A DNA stretch of 64,000 bases from IMG/VR virus record IMGVR_UViG_3300032007_000014; one strand, written 5' to 3'. Positions within the stretch are counted from its first letter, which is position 1; each line of letters opens with the position of its first letter. This DNA comes from a virus. Taxonomy: Duplodnaviria; Caudoviricetes. Of the stretch, positions 40,659-49,491 are shown piece after piece. The position numbers and the translations under genes are program-made. The notes below the pieces were generated by a model. That model was not told where the DNA came from and did not search any database. It saw only the letters and a program-made list of their open reading frames with translations.

Positions 40659-42747
40659 CTATAAGATAGCCGATGATGGATTCAGCTTTTCCTTGACAAG
40701 TCTATCCATTTCCTCATAGGTTGGGAGATTGAAATACTCACTTCCACACAAAGAAGCATTTTCTCTTGTATAGAGTGAGTGAAGGAAGAATTTCTCAACA
40801 TCGAACGTATCGAATTTACGTTCAGGTACAAGTCCTTCGTGAACACTTGCCATTTCTTCTGGATAGAAGAAACTCGGCATCACTTGATTGACATCAATTG
40901 GACCTACTCTCTCAGAATTGTCGATTTGAATCACGTAGAACTCTTTGGTTTCTCGTGCACAGTTTAAAGTTCTGAGAAGATTAGGATACATTGCATTTGG
41001 ATCATATTACCATCCTGTTGTCAGGATGTCTGCTCTTTCGGAATTAACCTACTCCCTGTCGGGATGATCTCTGAACGTCCATCTCTTGCAAGATGTTTCG
41101 CTGCTGATTGTTCATTGTCACAGTCCTTAGCACCACATAGTGGCTTTTATTGCAGCATAGACCGATCTATCTGTTCTTTCTGTCTTTCGACGGCATTCAC
41201 AGTTATCATTACTGATTCTGTTGTAGCCAAATAGATCATAGAACTTTCCAGCAATTAAGCAGATTCTTCGACTCATGATTACTCATGAGAAGTCCCCAAT
41301 GTGTCGAGGAGACGTCGATGTCGCACACGAACTTGTGCACATTACTGACAGCATCACTTTCCTTCAGGATCGGAACACCAGTGTTCATCGTGTTTGATGG
41401 ATCTAATACAGCACCACCTTTGTTGTTGATATAAATATCCCAAGGTGATTCCATGGATTCTCCAATAGATGCTGGTATCTTATCCTGTGGATCGAGATAC
41501 TCGTAGAATGTGTTCTTCAATTGGATGGTTTGTTTTGCAAAGTCCTCAAGATTACTGACACCAATCAACTGGATCATGTTGTAGATGTCTCTGTTCTTGA
41601 GATTCATGACATGCAGAATTGCAACGTCAACGATGTTGTACACAGTGTATGCAACTTGTTCACGAGTCTGCATTTCATAATGGCCTTTGTTGGAACCGAA
41701 TTCGAGTTTACCTGCACCAATCTCCTTCGTTCCAATATCATCCAATTTGTAAGAAGGTTCTCTTCCTTTCGCTTTGCGAAGTCTTCCATACAATGCCATC
41801 GCATCGATGTACCTTGTATAGTCAGTACAATGGAACCAATCCCACCGATCTGTGATATGGTCTCCTGGTTTACCATTGTCTTTCACATACTTGGTAACAC
41901 GATACTTCTGTGGTATGTCTTTGCTACAGAAGACATCGGTTGGTTGTTCTCCTCTGAACACAATGCGTTCCAGAAGGTAAGGAATATCGTAACCCATGTT
42001 CCAGATGACGCAGAAGTCTGGTCTATGATCGTGGATCCTATCGAAGATCCATTTGATCAAACTGATCTCCTCATCGAATATCATGTAAGTAGGGTCGATC
42101 CTATTCTTCTGATACAGCGCAGCGGCATTGGATTTCAGAGAAGCAATGAACTTCTCTTCAACCTTATGCCACATCTTATCCACTGCACCGATTGTGTTGT
42201 TTTGGAAGAACTCTTTCAAGATACCGACATATGTCTTGCCAGATCCATCGATGTAGGTGATCAGGATGATCTGGTTATTACCAGTAACATCCGTTTCAAT
42301 ATCGAGTGATCCGACGTTGTAATACGTCGGCATTCTTCCACCATTTTGTTTCTTGAATGCATGTTTGATACGAACACCGATATCAATATCCGCACCATAG
42401 ACATAAGGATTCGATAGGATTTTCCGTAGGTTCACGAATCCTTGTTGTCTCCATGACATCCTTGATGTACCGAATGGATCATCAATTGCTCTCTGGAGAG
42501 TTTGTGCAATCCTGTTATATCTCGTCTTATAACAGATACAATCCTTCTTGTTTGCGTATTCACGCTTCGCATGATAGATGCGTTTTGAAGGTTCTGTCAC
42601 ATAGACTTGTACTTCAGGATTATCGAAAATGACCATCTCTTGCTCATTGGTTTCACAGTCTTTGATGAATCCAACATAAGCATCATTATCATTATCGATT
42701 CTGACATACTCTCCATGAATCAAACATCGTCTGTCTTTTGGAATCAT
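40659..42747 (-). CDS. polB: Family B DNA polymerase, exonuclease/N-terminal half of the split phiKZ-type polymerase; 2 exons 42747-41307 and 40993-40659 (predicted 591 aa)
   Basis: Exo motifs LDIET, WNMGYDIPY, SYKLD, YNIVD; KGGAV; the spliced junction gives DIDVSSMYPN (motif A, DxxSxYP). Confidence 0.88.
40994..41306 (-). mobile_element. Group I intron (313 nt, no ORF) in DNA polymerase motif A
   Basis: P1 UCCU|CGA/UUGGGGA with U.G; P10 ACAUUG/CAAUGU; P AAUUGCUGGAAA, Q AAUCAGCAGCG, R GUUCAGAGAUCA, S AAUAUGAUCC; terminal G. Confidence 0.92.
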
Positions 42748-42864
42748 GTGCCATCCTCTTGGTTGTTGTTCATTATACATAACTATCGTCAGCTCGAATA
42801 ATTTATAATAAGAAGATAAGTGGTGTGGAGACGAACCCCACACCACTTATCTGCGTGTCATAGA

Positions 42865-43449
42865 TTATTCTTTACGAAGGACTTTCACAGCTTGTACGAA
42901 AGCATCCTTGTCCATTTCGAAGAAAGGATTGCCTTCCACATAACCGTAACCTCCGTTCCATCCCTTGATCAGGACGCATGGTTTGAAGTTGTCTTTGTCA
43001 AGGATCTTGACGAATCCAACAACCTTGCTCTTGATCAGTTTTCCGGCGATGTTCCGTTGATCGTAAAGACCATCCTCGTGAAGAGGTGGCATCTCAACAT
43101 GTGCTTGAACAATGCCAACATCTCCACTCGCAAAAGCTTCGATGAATTGTTCATTGTTCTTTCCTTGCGTCATCGAGTAGGTGATGCGAAGGAATTCACC
43201 TGTTGCAGATAAAGGACGTCCGCCTTCAGGAAACCCTTTCAGACGACTCAACGAAATGTACCGATAACCGGAGAATCTCTTTGCAATACCAATCAGGTAC
43301 TGAAGAATCTCTTCAGATGCACCATCCTGATGTTCCTCAAGATCGGCTCCAGCCATGTCTTTGCACTGTTCCTTCTCTTCAGAAGAAAGCTTCTGAAACT
43401 CTTCTTTAGGAGAGAGTTCTTGATCTTCCATGTAGTATCTCCTAAACAT
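42865..43449 (-). CDS. Hypothetical protein
   Basis: ~188-194 aa, acidic N-terminus. Confidence 0.55.
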   Translation of the reverse strand: MFRRYYMEDQELSPKEEFQKLSSEEKEQCKDMAGADLEEHQDGASEEILQYLIGIAKRFSGYRYISLSRLKGFPEGGRPLSATGEFLRITYSMTQGKNNEQFIEAFASGDVGIVQAHVEMPPLHEDGLYDQRNIAGKLIKSKVVGFVKILDKDNFKPCVLIKGWNGGYGYVEGNPFFEMDKDAFVQAVKVLRKE

Positions 43450-43461
43450 TGTTGTATGGGT

Positions 43462-44073
43462 TCACAAAAGTTTGGCTATTGCGTTAGCCTCAGATATGAT
43501 GCTTGGTAAATACATCGTCATGAATGAGTAGCTCAAACCAATGCTGTCTGCACAGTGTTCCGTAAGACCTTGCATCAGTTTCTCATTCTTGAAATGGATT
43601 TTCGGATTGGTGACAACAGCTTGCTGAATATTCACTTTTCCGCTATCCCCACGACCTGATACACCAAGTTTCGCGGATTTTGCGGGGATCACAATGATTG
43701 CTTTCCCAGCAACATCACGTGCTACCATTCTGGCAGTACAATGCCACATACTCAGAGCACCATAAGCCATCGGTCGTTTCGGATTAATGAAGGCGTCCTC
43801 CATAACGATGTAATCAGGCTTAAGTTCAGTGAGTAACTGGGCGATTGTCTCTCGAAGCACTGCAAGAGAAATAGTTCTCTTACCATACTTCTCCGATTCT
43901 TCTCGGTACGTTGCTTTATCAGCAGTGCCCGAAGGGGAGAACTCTCCAAGTTTGACAACATTGAGTGCGCCATTCTCAAGGTCAATCTCAGAAAGATTCC
44001 ACCCTGTGTGACTCAGACCTGGATCGAAACCCAGAACCCGAATCTTTGACGTTTTGCTCATTTTCATCTCCAT
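43462..44073 (-). CDS. ruvC: RuvC Holliday junction resolvase
   Basis: LGFDPGLSHTG, VMEDAF, HCADSIG motifs. Confidence 0.88.
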   Translation of the reverse strand: MEMKMSKTSKIRVLGFDPGLSHTGWNLSEIDLENGALNVVKLGEFSPSGTADKATYREESEKYGKRTISLAVLRETIAQLLTELKPDYIVMEDAFINPKRPMAYGALSMWHCTARMVARDVAGKAIIVIPAKSAKLGVSGRGDSGKVNIQQAVVTNPKIHFKNEKLMQGLTEHCADSIGLSYSFMTMYLPSIISEANAIAKLL

Positions 44074-44409
44074 GTATTTTACATGAAGTAGAAAATGTCA
44101 CCAGGGTTTACTCTATAATAATAGTTAAACGTGTAAAAAAAGACACAGGTACCCGAAGGCACCTGTGTCTATCTTTCCACTTCGACTTTGAAGATGACAC
44201 GCAAGGTCTGTAGCCTCAAGCTGCAAAAGCGGGAACAGTGGTGATCTGCCAGACTTTGGAGGATTCTGTTGCCTCACAGAATGTCGTTCCAAATGATAGC
44301 GATGTCGCGTTCACGCATTTTAGCTCCGCTTTACGATCAAGTGGATTTTACTCCATTGAAAGACAAGCAGGTTAAAATACTAATGTCTTTGTGGTTAGAT
44401 TCGTGGTTG

Positions 44410-44886
44410 TTATTTCTTCTTGGCTTTCTTGAAAGCCTCTTCGTGCGCCTTGGCGATCTCGTCGCAGAGTCCGCCTTCCATGCGCATCGGGCGGGAGAAG
44501 TTGGCATTCAGCGTCATCGTGAGAACGCCGAAACGCTCGGTCTCATACCGCTCGTTGGTGCCGGGCTTGACGCCGGAGAACGACTGATGCGGTTTGATGC
44601 CGACTTCCATGGAGAGATTCGTGGAACCGCCGAGTTTGATGCTGGCGGGAACCTGGTGATTCTCGAGAGAGCGGGCGCTGACGAATTTGGCCGCCGCTTC
44701 CGCGATGGCGTCCTGGCACTCGGTGATGACTTTCTTGACTTCCTTGGTCACGCCGCGTTCCGCCTGGATCGCTTCGTAATCCTTCGCGGTCATGCTGTAG
44801 ATCAGCTTTTCGAGTTTTCCGTCTTTCGATTCCTTGCGGGTCTCGGTCACTTCACGGCCGAGCAGTTCGAACTTCTTTTCACTCAT
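44410..44886 (-). CDS. Highly expressed small basic protein, possibly HU/IHF-like DNA-binding
   Basis: GC-rich codons, own early-promoter-like motif and terminator; SGVKPGTNERY loosely resembles the HU arm. Confidence 0.45.
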   Translation of the reverse strand: MSEKKFELLGREVTETRKESKDGKLEKLIYSMTAKDYEAIQAERGVTKEVKKVITECQDAIAEAAAKFVSARSLENHQVPASIKLGGSTNLSMEVGIKPHQSFSGVKPGTNERYETERFGVLTMTLNANFSRPMRMEGGLCDEIAKAHEEAFKKAKKK

Positions 44887-44981
44887 TTTGGAGCTCCTTC
44901 TCGTTAGAGTGTTTTGAATTGAGTGTGATACGATCCACTAGGATCAGCTACGGGGCATATGACATAGCTTATCACACCCTA

Positions 44982-45007
44982 GTAATATATGCTTGTTCAA
45001 CTATTGA
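44982..45007 (-). promoter_or_regulatory. Early-promoter-like motif TCA-N15-TATATTAC
   Basis: Exact TATATTAC core ~100 nt upstream of ATG 44886. Confidence 0.65.
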
Positions 45008-45026
45008 ACATTTCACAAGTGACACA

Positions 45027-46928
45027 TCACTTCACATCCATAACTTTTCGGATGATCCGTTGTTGTGCAATGATGACGAATCTATCGTACGTGATTATGT
45101 CCACTCCGTACTTCATTGCTTTATCTACCTTGGAAGAACGATGCATCGTGTTAGGAACCACGAGATAATCGAGTCCTTTGCTTACAGCATCTACTGGTTT
45201 CCAGTCTATAGATCTTGCAATGTTCATCAGTTCTTGTCTGGGTTTCTCCATCTCACCTGTGAAACACACAGTTGGTTTCTGATCATCCACTTTTTCTGAA
45301 GGATATTCAATGCCTTCGAACATCTTGATATAATCAGAAACAGCATACCTGTTTTTCTTCATGAACTCAGCAACGTTCTTTGCACGACTTGGTCCAACCT
45401 TCGGAACGCTCAGAAGAGTTTGTTCAATGTCGTCCGATTCAACAATTTCCATGATGTTCGGATAATACGACATGATGACTTCAGCGATGTTCTCTCCGAT
45501 ATCTGGTATCGACAAAGATGCTAGGATCTTGTATGCTGGAACCTTGGAATCCAAAAGCTGTTCAGTTGTTGTGTTGATCACTTTACTGATTGCTTCACCG
45601 AATCCAAGTTCTCGCAAATCCTTGCGCAGACCGAATCTCATCCAAGATCCGATGTCTGTTACTTTGCATTCGTTCACTGCTTTCGCAATACACGCTTCTC
45701 CAATACCCAGAACTCCGAGTATCTTCAACGCATATTCGATCTTAACGATTGCCTTTCCAGGACAATCATCGTTCCGACAGAACAAGTGCGGTCCAACCAT
45801 TTCCAGTTTATCTGATCCACAGACTGGACACCTTCCTGGTATAACCACTTTGTTCTTCTCATCATGCTGAACTGTCGATATCCATGGGATCACATCACCA
45901 CTTCTCTCCACAACAACATGATCACCGATTGCAATCTGATTGTCAACGATGTTCTTGAAGTTATGTAGAGTCGCTCTGTTGATTGTGATACCACCAATAT
46001 CAACTGGTTCCACGATTGCTGTCGGAACAATTGCCTCCTTTCCAACAGTCCATTCAATATCAACGATCTTGGATGGTTTTCTGACATTGGCGAACTTGAA
46101 TGCAATCTGTCCTCTTGGATGATGTGCTGTACTCCCAAGAGATTCAGAATATTCTTGATCCACCAACTTGACCACCAACCCATCTTTCGGTGTGGCATAC
46201 CCATCGAACTTCTTGACAATTGCATCCCATTTCTTTTCGATATTGGTCGCATTTACCAAGACTTGATGAGATCCATATTCGATGAATGTTAGTGTGGTTT
46301 TCGGAGGAAGGAGTTTGAGATCTTTCACTCCTACGATGCCAGCAACCGCATTTCGTTGATTCTTGTATGGACGCATGTTTGCTTCCACAGCAGAAGCATT
46401 CAGTTGCTTGAAGTCGTCATCCAGTATGACCAGTTCTCCGATCCTTCTTTTGTTGTGTTCTTTCAACAACTTGTCAATAGGACCGAAATAACCTGTTCTC
46501 GACTGTGCTTGGATAATCGGTGCTTTGTCTGTGATGTTCTCACCAATTTCACCATCACCTCTCGTTGATAGAATCCCATGATTGATATCACAGGTAATTC
46601 CATCATACTTGATCTGTACGACGAATGCTTCTTTTGGTGTTCTGGCAACCTTCTTGATCCAGTCCATCAGTTCATCCAATGAATACACTTTGTCGAGTGA
46701 CAATAAAGGTGTATCATGTTTCACTTTGGATGGAACGATGGATTGGTTCTGTGCACTCAGTTTCGCACCAGCACCTATCATATCAAGAAGTTTGTTGGAT
46801 GGATCGAGTTGTTTCAACTCTCTTACGAGTTTGTCATACTCGACATCCTCCATGATGGGATCCGATTCTACCCAATATGCTTGATTAGCTTTGGATATCA
46901 GATCCTCTAATTCCTTGATTCTTGTCAT
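45027..46928 (-). CDS. ligA: NAD-dependent DNA ligase
   Basis: KYDG, STRGDGEIGE, DGLVVK, ATLHN, RSGDVIP, Zn finger CPVC..C..C, C-terminal BRCT; start MTRIKE with SD AGGAG. Confidence 0.95.
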   Translation of the reverse strand: MTRIKELEDLISKANQAYWVESDPIMEDVEYDKLVRELKQLDPSNKLLDMIGAGAKLSAQNQSIVPSKVKHDTPLLSLDKVYSLDELMDWIKKVARTPKEAFVVQIKYDGITCDINHGILSTRGDGEIGENITDKAPIIQAQSRTGYFGPIDKLLKEHNKRRIGELVILDDDFKQLNASAVEANMRPYKNQRNAVAGIVGVKDLKLLPPKTTLTFIEYGSHQVLVNATNIEKKWDAIVKKFDGYATPKDGLVVKLVDQEYSESLGSTAHHPRGQIAFKFANVRKPSKIVDIEWTVGKEAIVPTAIVEPVDIGGITINRATLHNFKNIVDNQIAIGDHVVVERSGDVIPWISTVQHDEKNKVVIPGRCPVCGSDKLEMVGPHLFCRNDDCPGKAIVKIEYALKILGVLGIGEACIAKAVNECKVTDIGSWMRFGLRKDLRELGFGEAISKVINTTTEQLLDSKVPAYKILASLSIPDIGENIAEVIMSYYPNIMEIVESDDIEQTLLSVPKVGPSRAKNVAEFMKKNRYAVSDYIKMFEGIEYPSEKVDDQKPTVCFTGEMEKPRQELMNIARSIDWKPVDAVSKGLDYLVVPNTMHRSSKVDKAMKYGVDIITYDRFVIIAQQRIIRKVMDVK

Positions 46929-47022
46929 GCGTATCTCCTTTTCAAAGGATTTTCCAGCATTGTAATAAAATAATAAGGAAACACCTTGGTGGAGTATATC
47001 CACCAAGGTGCACCTCATCATT

Positions 47023-47202
47023 TCATTCGTGTTTCAGCACATCTTTGTCAGACGGCTTACGTTTCTTCTTGTTCTCAAAAGGAGTTCCGATCACGTCACC
47101 AGGGTTCGGACCATATATCGGAATCTCCTCCTTCGTTTGGTGGTGGCGATTGAATAACCGAGTCATCAATCGTTTCAATTGTGTAAACGGGCATTTCATC
47201 AT
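47023..47202 (-). CDS. Small basic hypothetical protein
   Basis: ~59 aa after SD GAGG, directly following the MYG1-like gene. Confidence 0.35.
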   Translation of the reverse strand: MMKCPFTQLKRLMTRLFNRHHQTKEEIPIYGPNPGDVIGTPFENKKKRKPSDKDVLKHE

Positions 47203-47206
47203 CACC

Positions 47207-48100
47207 TCACATGCTGCACACGATCTTTGCAACTTTGATACAGGATTCTCTGGATCCGAATCCAGCAAGGAATCCGGTAGGATGGACGAATATTGCATCA
47301 TCAATGCCTGTTGCAAGTTTGCACTGATCGAGACGAGTTCCTCTCCATCGCTCAGGAAGTGCGTAGCGAAGTTCTTTGCTTCCGTATTCTTTCGGAACCA
47401 TCTGGATCCTCCATTTCTTGGAAGCATCACGATAGATGCAGCACCTGACATCAGGATCTGCAATCGCTACATCAGTCCATGGTACATAGTCTTCCATAAC
47501 CATGACCTTGCCATCGAAGATGCGATTGCAGTTCCTCGCGATATCCCTCGCTTGAAGCATGGAGTTTGCTCTGATCAATTCTCTTGCGAAAATGGGCATG
47601 ACAAAATCCACTGTCTCCGCGAATGCAGCATCCATTGCTTGTGGAGATTGATCCTCATTCCACATGGGAACAAAGGATGCAACACATGCTAGTTTGTTGG
47701 ACGTGAGACGATAGCCATTGGTGATGGGTGCTCCGTTATCCTGTTGTTCCACCGTGTAGAACAGACCTTTGCGAAGCTCCTCCTTCAGTGCCCAATCGTC
47801 ATACATGTCGTTCAGCAGCTTTCCACAAGCCGCCATCATGACACCATTCGGATAGTACACTGGTGCACCATGGTGATCGTATGTACCACCACCGACATCG
47901 AACACGATGTTGCATTTCTTGAGGAGATCCTCATTCCTGGTTCTGATCCACTGCCAATGATACTGTGGCAATTCCGTTCTCAGAATCACCGCACACAAGA
48001 TGTCATCAGCATGGAACCCATCAGGGTGGGTACCTCCATACAAGATGCCTTTCTGAGCATCTCCAGCTCTCATGAGCTCTTTTTCAAGTTGCGTTTCCAT
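47207..48100 (-). CDS. MYG1/UPF0160-family (DHH-type) exonuclease
   Basis: THPDGFHADD, DVGGGTYDHH, FVHPTGF motifs; start METQLE with SD AAGGAG. Confidence 0.85.
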   Translation of the reverse strand: METQLEKELMRAGDAQKGILYGGTHPDGFHADDILCAVILRTELPQYHWQWIRTRNEDLLKKCNIVFDVGGGTYDHHGAPVYYPNGVMMAACGKLLNDMYDDWALKEELRKGLFYTVEQQDNGAPITNGYRLTSNKLACVASFVPMWNEDQSPQAMDAAFAETVDFVMPIFARELIRANSMLQARDIARNCNRIFDGKVMVMEDYVPWTDVAIADPDVRCCIYRDASKKWRIQMVPKEYGSKELRYALPERWRGTRLDQCKLATGIDDAIFVHPTGFLAGFGSRESCIKVAKIVCSM

Positions 48101-48133
48101 TCTTTTCTCCTTATTTAAACTTGTTTTGTTATA

Positions 48134-48207
48134 TGGCAATCCCGCCAGGATTCGAACCTGGACTAATTGGACCAAAACCAATTGTGCTACCGTTACACAA
48201 CGGGATT
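48134..48207 (-). tRNA. tRNA-Gln(UUG)
   Basis: Cloverleaf: AAUCCCG/CGGGAUU acceptor, AUUGG-UUUUGGU-CCAAU anticodon arm, UUCGAAU T-loop, encoded CCA. Confidence 0.93.
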
Positions 48208-48555
48208 GTATTTTCAAAAAATAAAAGTGTCGGTGGGCACGGCAACCCACCGACTGTGATCCTATAATAACCATGAGAGGACTGGCCAAGACATTTGGCG
48301 ATCACGGCAAGGCGGGTCGGGAGTCCGCCTTTAACCGAGCAATCCCGGATCACTTTAGATCTCAAAGGATTCGCGACTCCAATGAGATCCTTCCATTGGC
48401 AACCGATATCCAATGGCTTTTTGTAGTTGAAAATGTTGGCAGAAACAAATCAGAGAACCTACTCGTATTGGACAACAACCGTACCGTTATCTGCTCCGTC
48501 CATTTCTCGTGGCAGGGACGACTTCTTTGATTCACGCTTCAATTCCCAACTATAT

Positions 48556-49295
48556 TGGTAACCCGTCCGGAGTCGAACCGGACCACTGCTTGTACTAAGC
48601 CACCACTGTAGCACACCTAGCAGTAGGACTCAACTCGCTGGATTTCGAGAGGTACCTACCGGTAAGTATGCTCTGCTCACATAATGATCCAGATTCCATA
48701 TATGTGCGCTTTGAACAATGATGAACCTGCACTAGACACCTATGCATCGATGTCACAGTTGCAAGCCCGCAGGGTAATAATCAAGAAAGTGGGCGAAGTT
48801 ACAATCAACATATCCTTGCCCAAGGGACATGAGGTTCTCATTAAGCACCAGAAAACGGCTCCAGAGATGAGACACCATGTGTATTTACCGTGGATACGCC
48901 GGCGTTGGGTTATTTGCACCGTTAAACCCTCGTTTAATTCGTCTTTGACCAGCTCTGTTGTCAATTGCCAGCCTTTGGTGACGACCCCATCTAAATGCTT
49001 CTGTGTGGAGACCTGACTGTATATCCCAGTACGGACCGAGTGTAATGTCCAACGAAGATGGGATATCGAACATCATGTCTCATTTTTCATGTGCACACAA
49101 CGACCGCTTTGCTTGCATCGAACTACTGGAAACCAGTCTATTAGCATTGCGACCGATGACAGCCCTGTTGGTAACTGTCCACACTTCTCCACCCCCGTTC
49201 GAAAAGAGATGGATTAACACGCCGGATTGCCTAACGTATCCCGCTCTCCAACGTATAAAATGATGGTCTAGCCAGCAAGATTCTGACTAATTGAA
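48556..49295 (-). ncRNA. Candidate large structured ncRNA with a tRNA-like 3' end (5' boundary uncertain)
   Basis: No credible ORF; lies between two tRNAs; ends GUCCGG-UUCGACU-CCGGAC-GGGUUACCA. Confidence 0.5.
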
Positions 49296-49307
49296 TGATG
49301 TCATGAG

Positions 49308-49378
49308 TCAGGGATATGTGAATCGAACACATCTCACCGCCTCCCAAAGGCGGGGACCAACCACTAGCCCAATCCCTG
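49308..49378 (-). tRNA. tRNA-Pro(UGG), CCA not encoded
   Basis: CAGGGAU/AUCCCUG acceptor, CCGCC-UUUGGGA-GGCGG anticodon arm, UUCGAUU T-loop. Confidence 0.92.
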
Positions 49379-49406
49379 ACTCATAACACCTGAATTCTTC
49401 ACCTAT

Positions 49407-49432
49407 GTAATATATGTGTGTTGTACATTTGA
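49407..49432 (-). promoter_or_regulatory. Early-promoter-like motif TCA-N15-TATATTAC driving the tRNA/ncRNA unit
   Basis: Exact TATATTAC ~28 nt upstream of tRNA-Pro. Confidence 0.65.
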
Positions 49433-49491
49433 AGTTTTACAATCGTTTATCTTCATATGATAAAAGCAACATGTAAAGGAATACATCAACG

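Noticed and set aside
48101-48289. N-terminal extension of the 360-aa ORF
   Set aside because: It overlaps tRNA-Gln; the real start is ATG 48100 with an SD
48556-49300. Canonical tmRNA or RNase P RNA
   Set aside because: No GGGG...UCCACCA alanyl acceptor pair and no GAGGAAAGUCC motif found by eye; kept only as an unidentified ncRNA candidate
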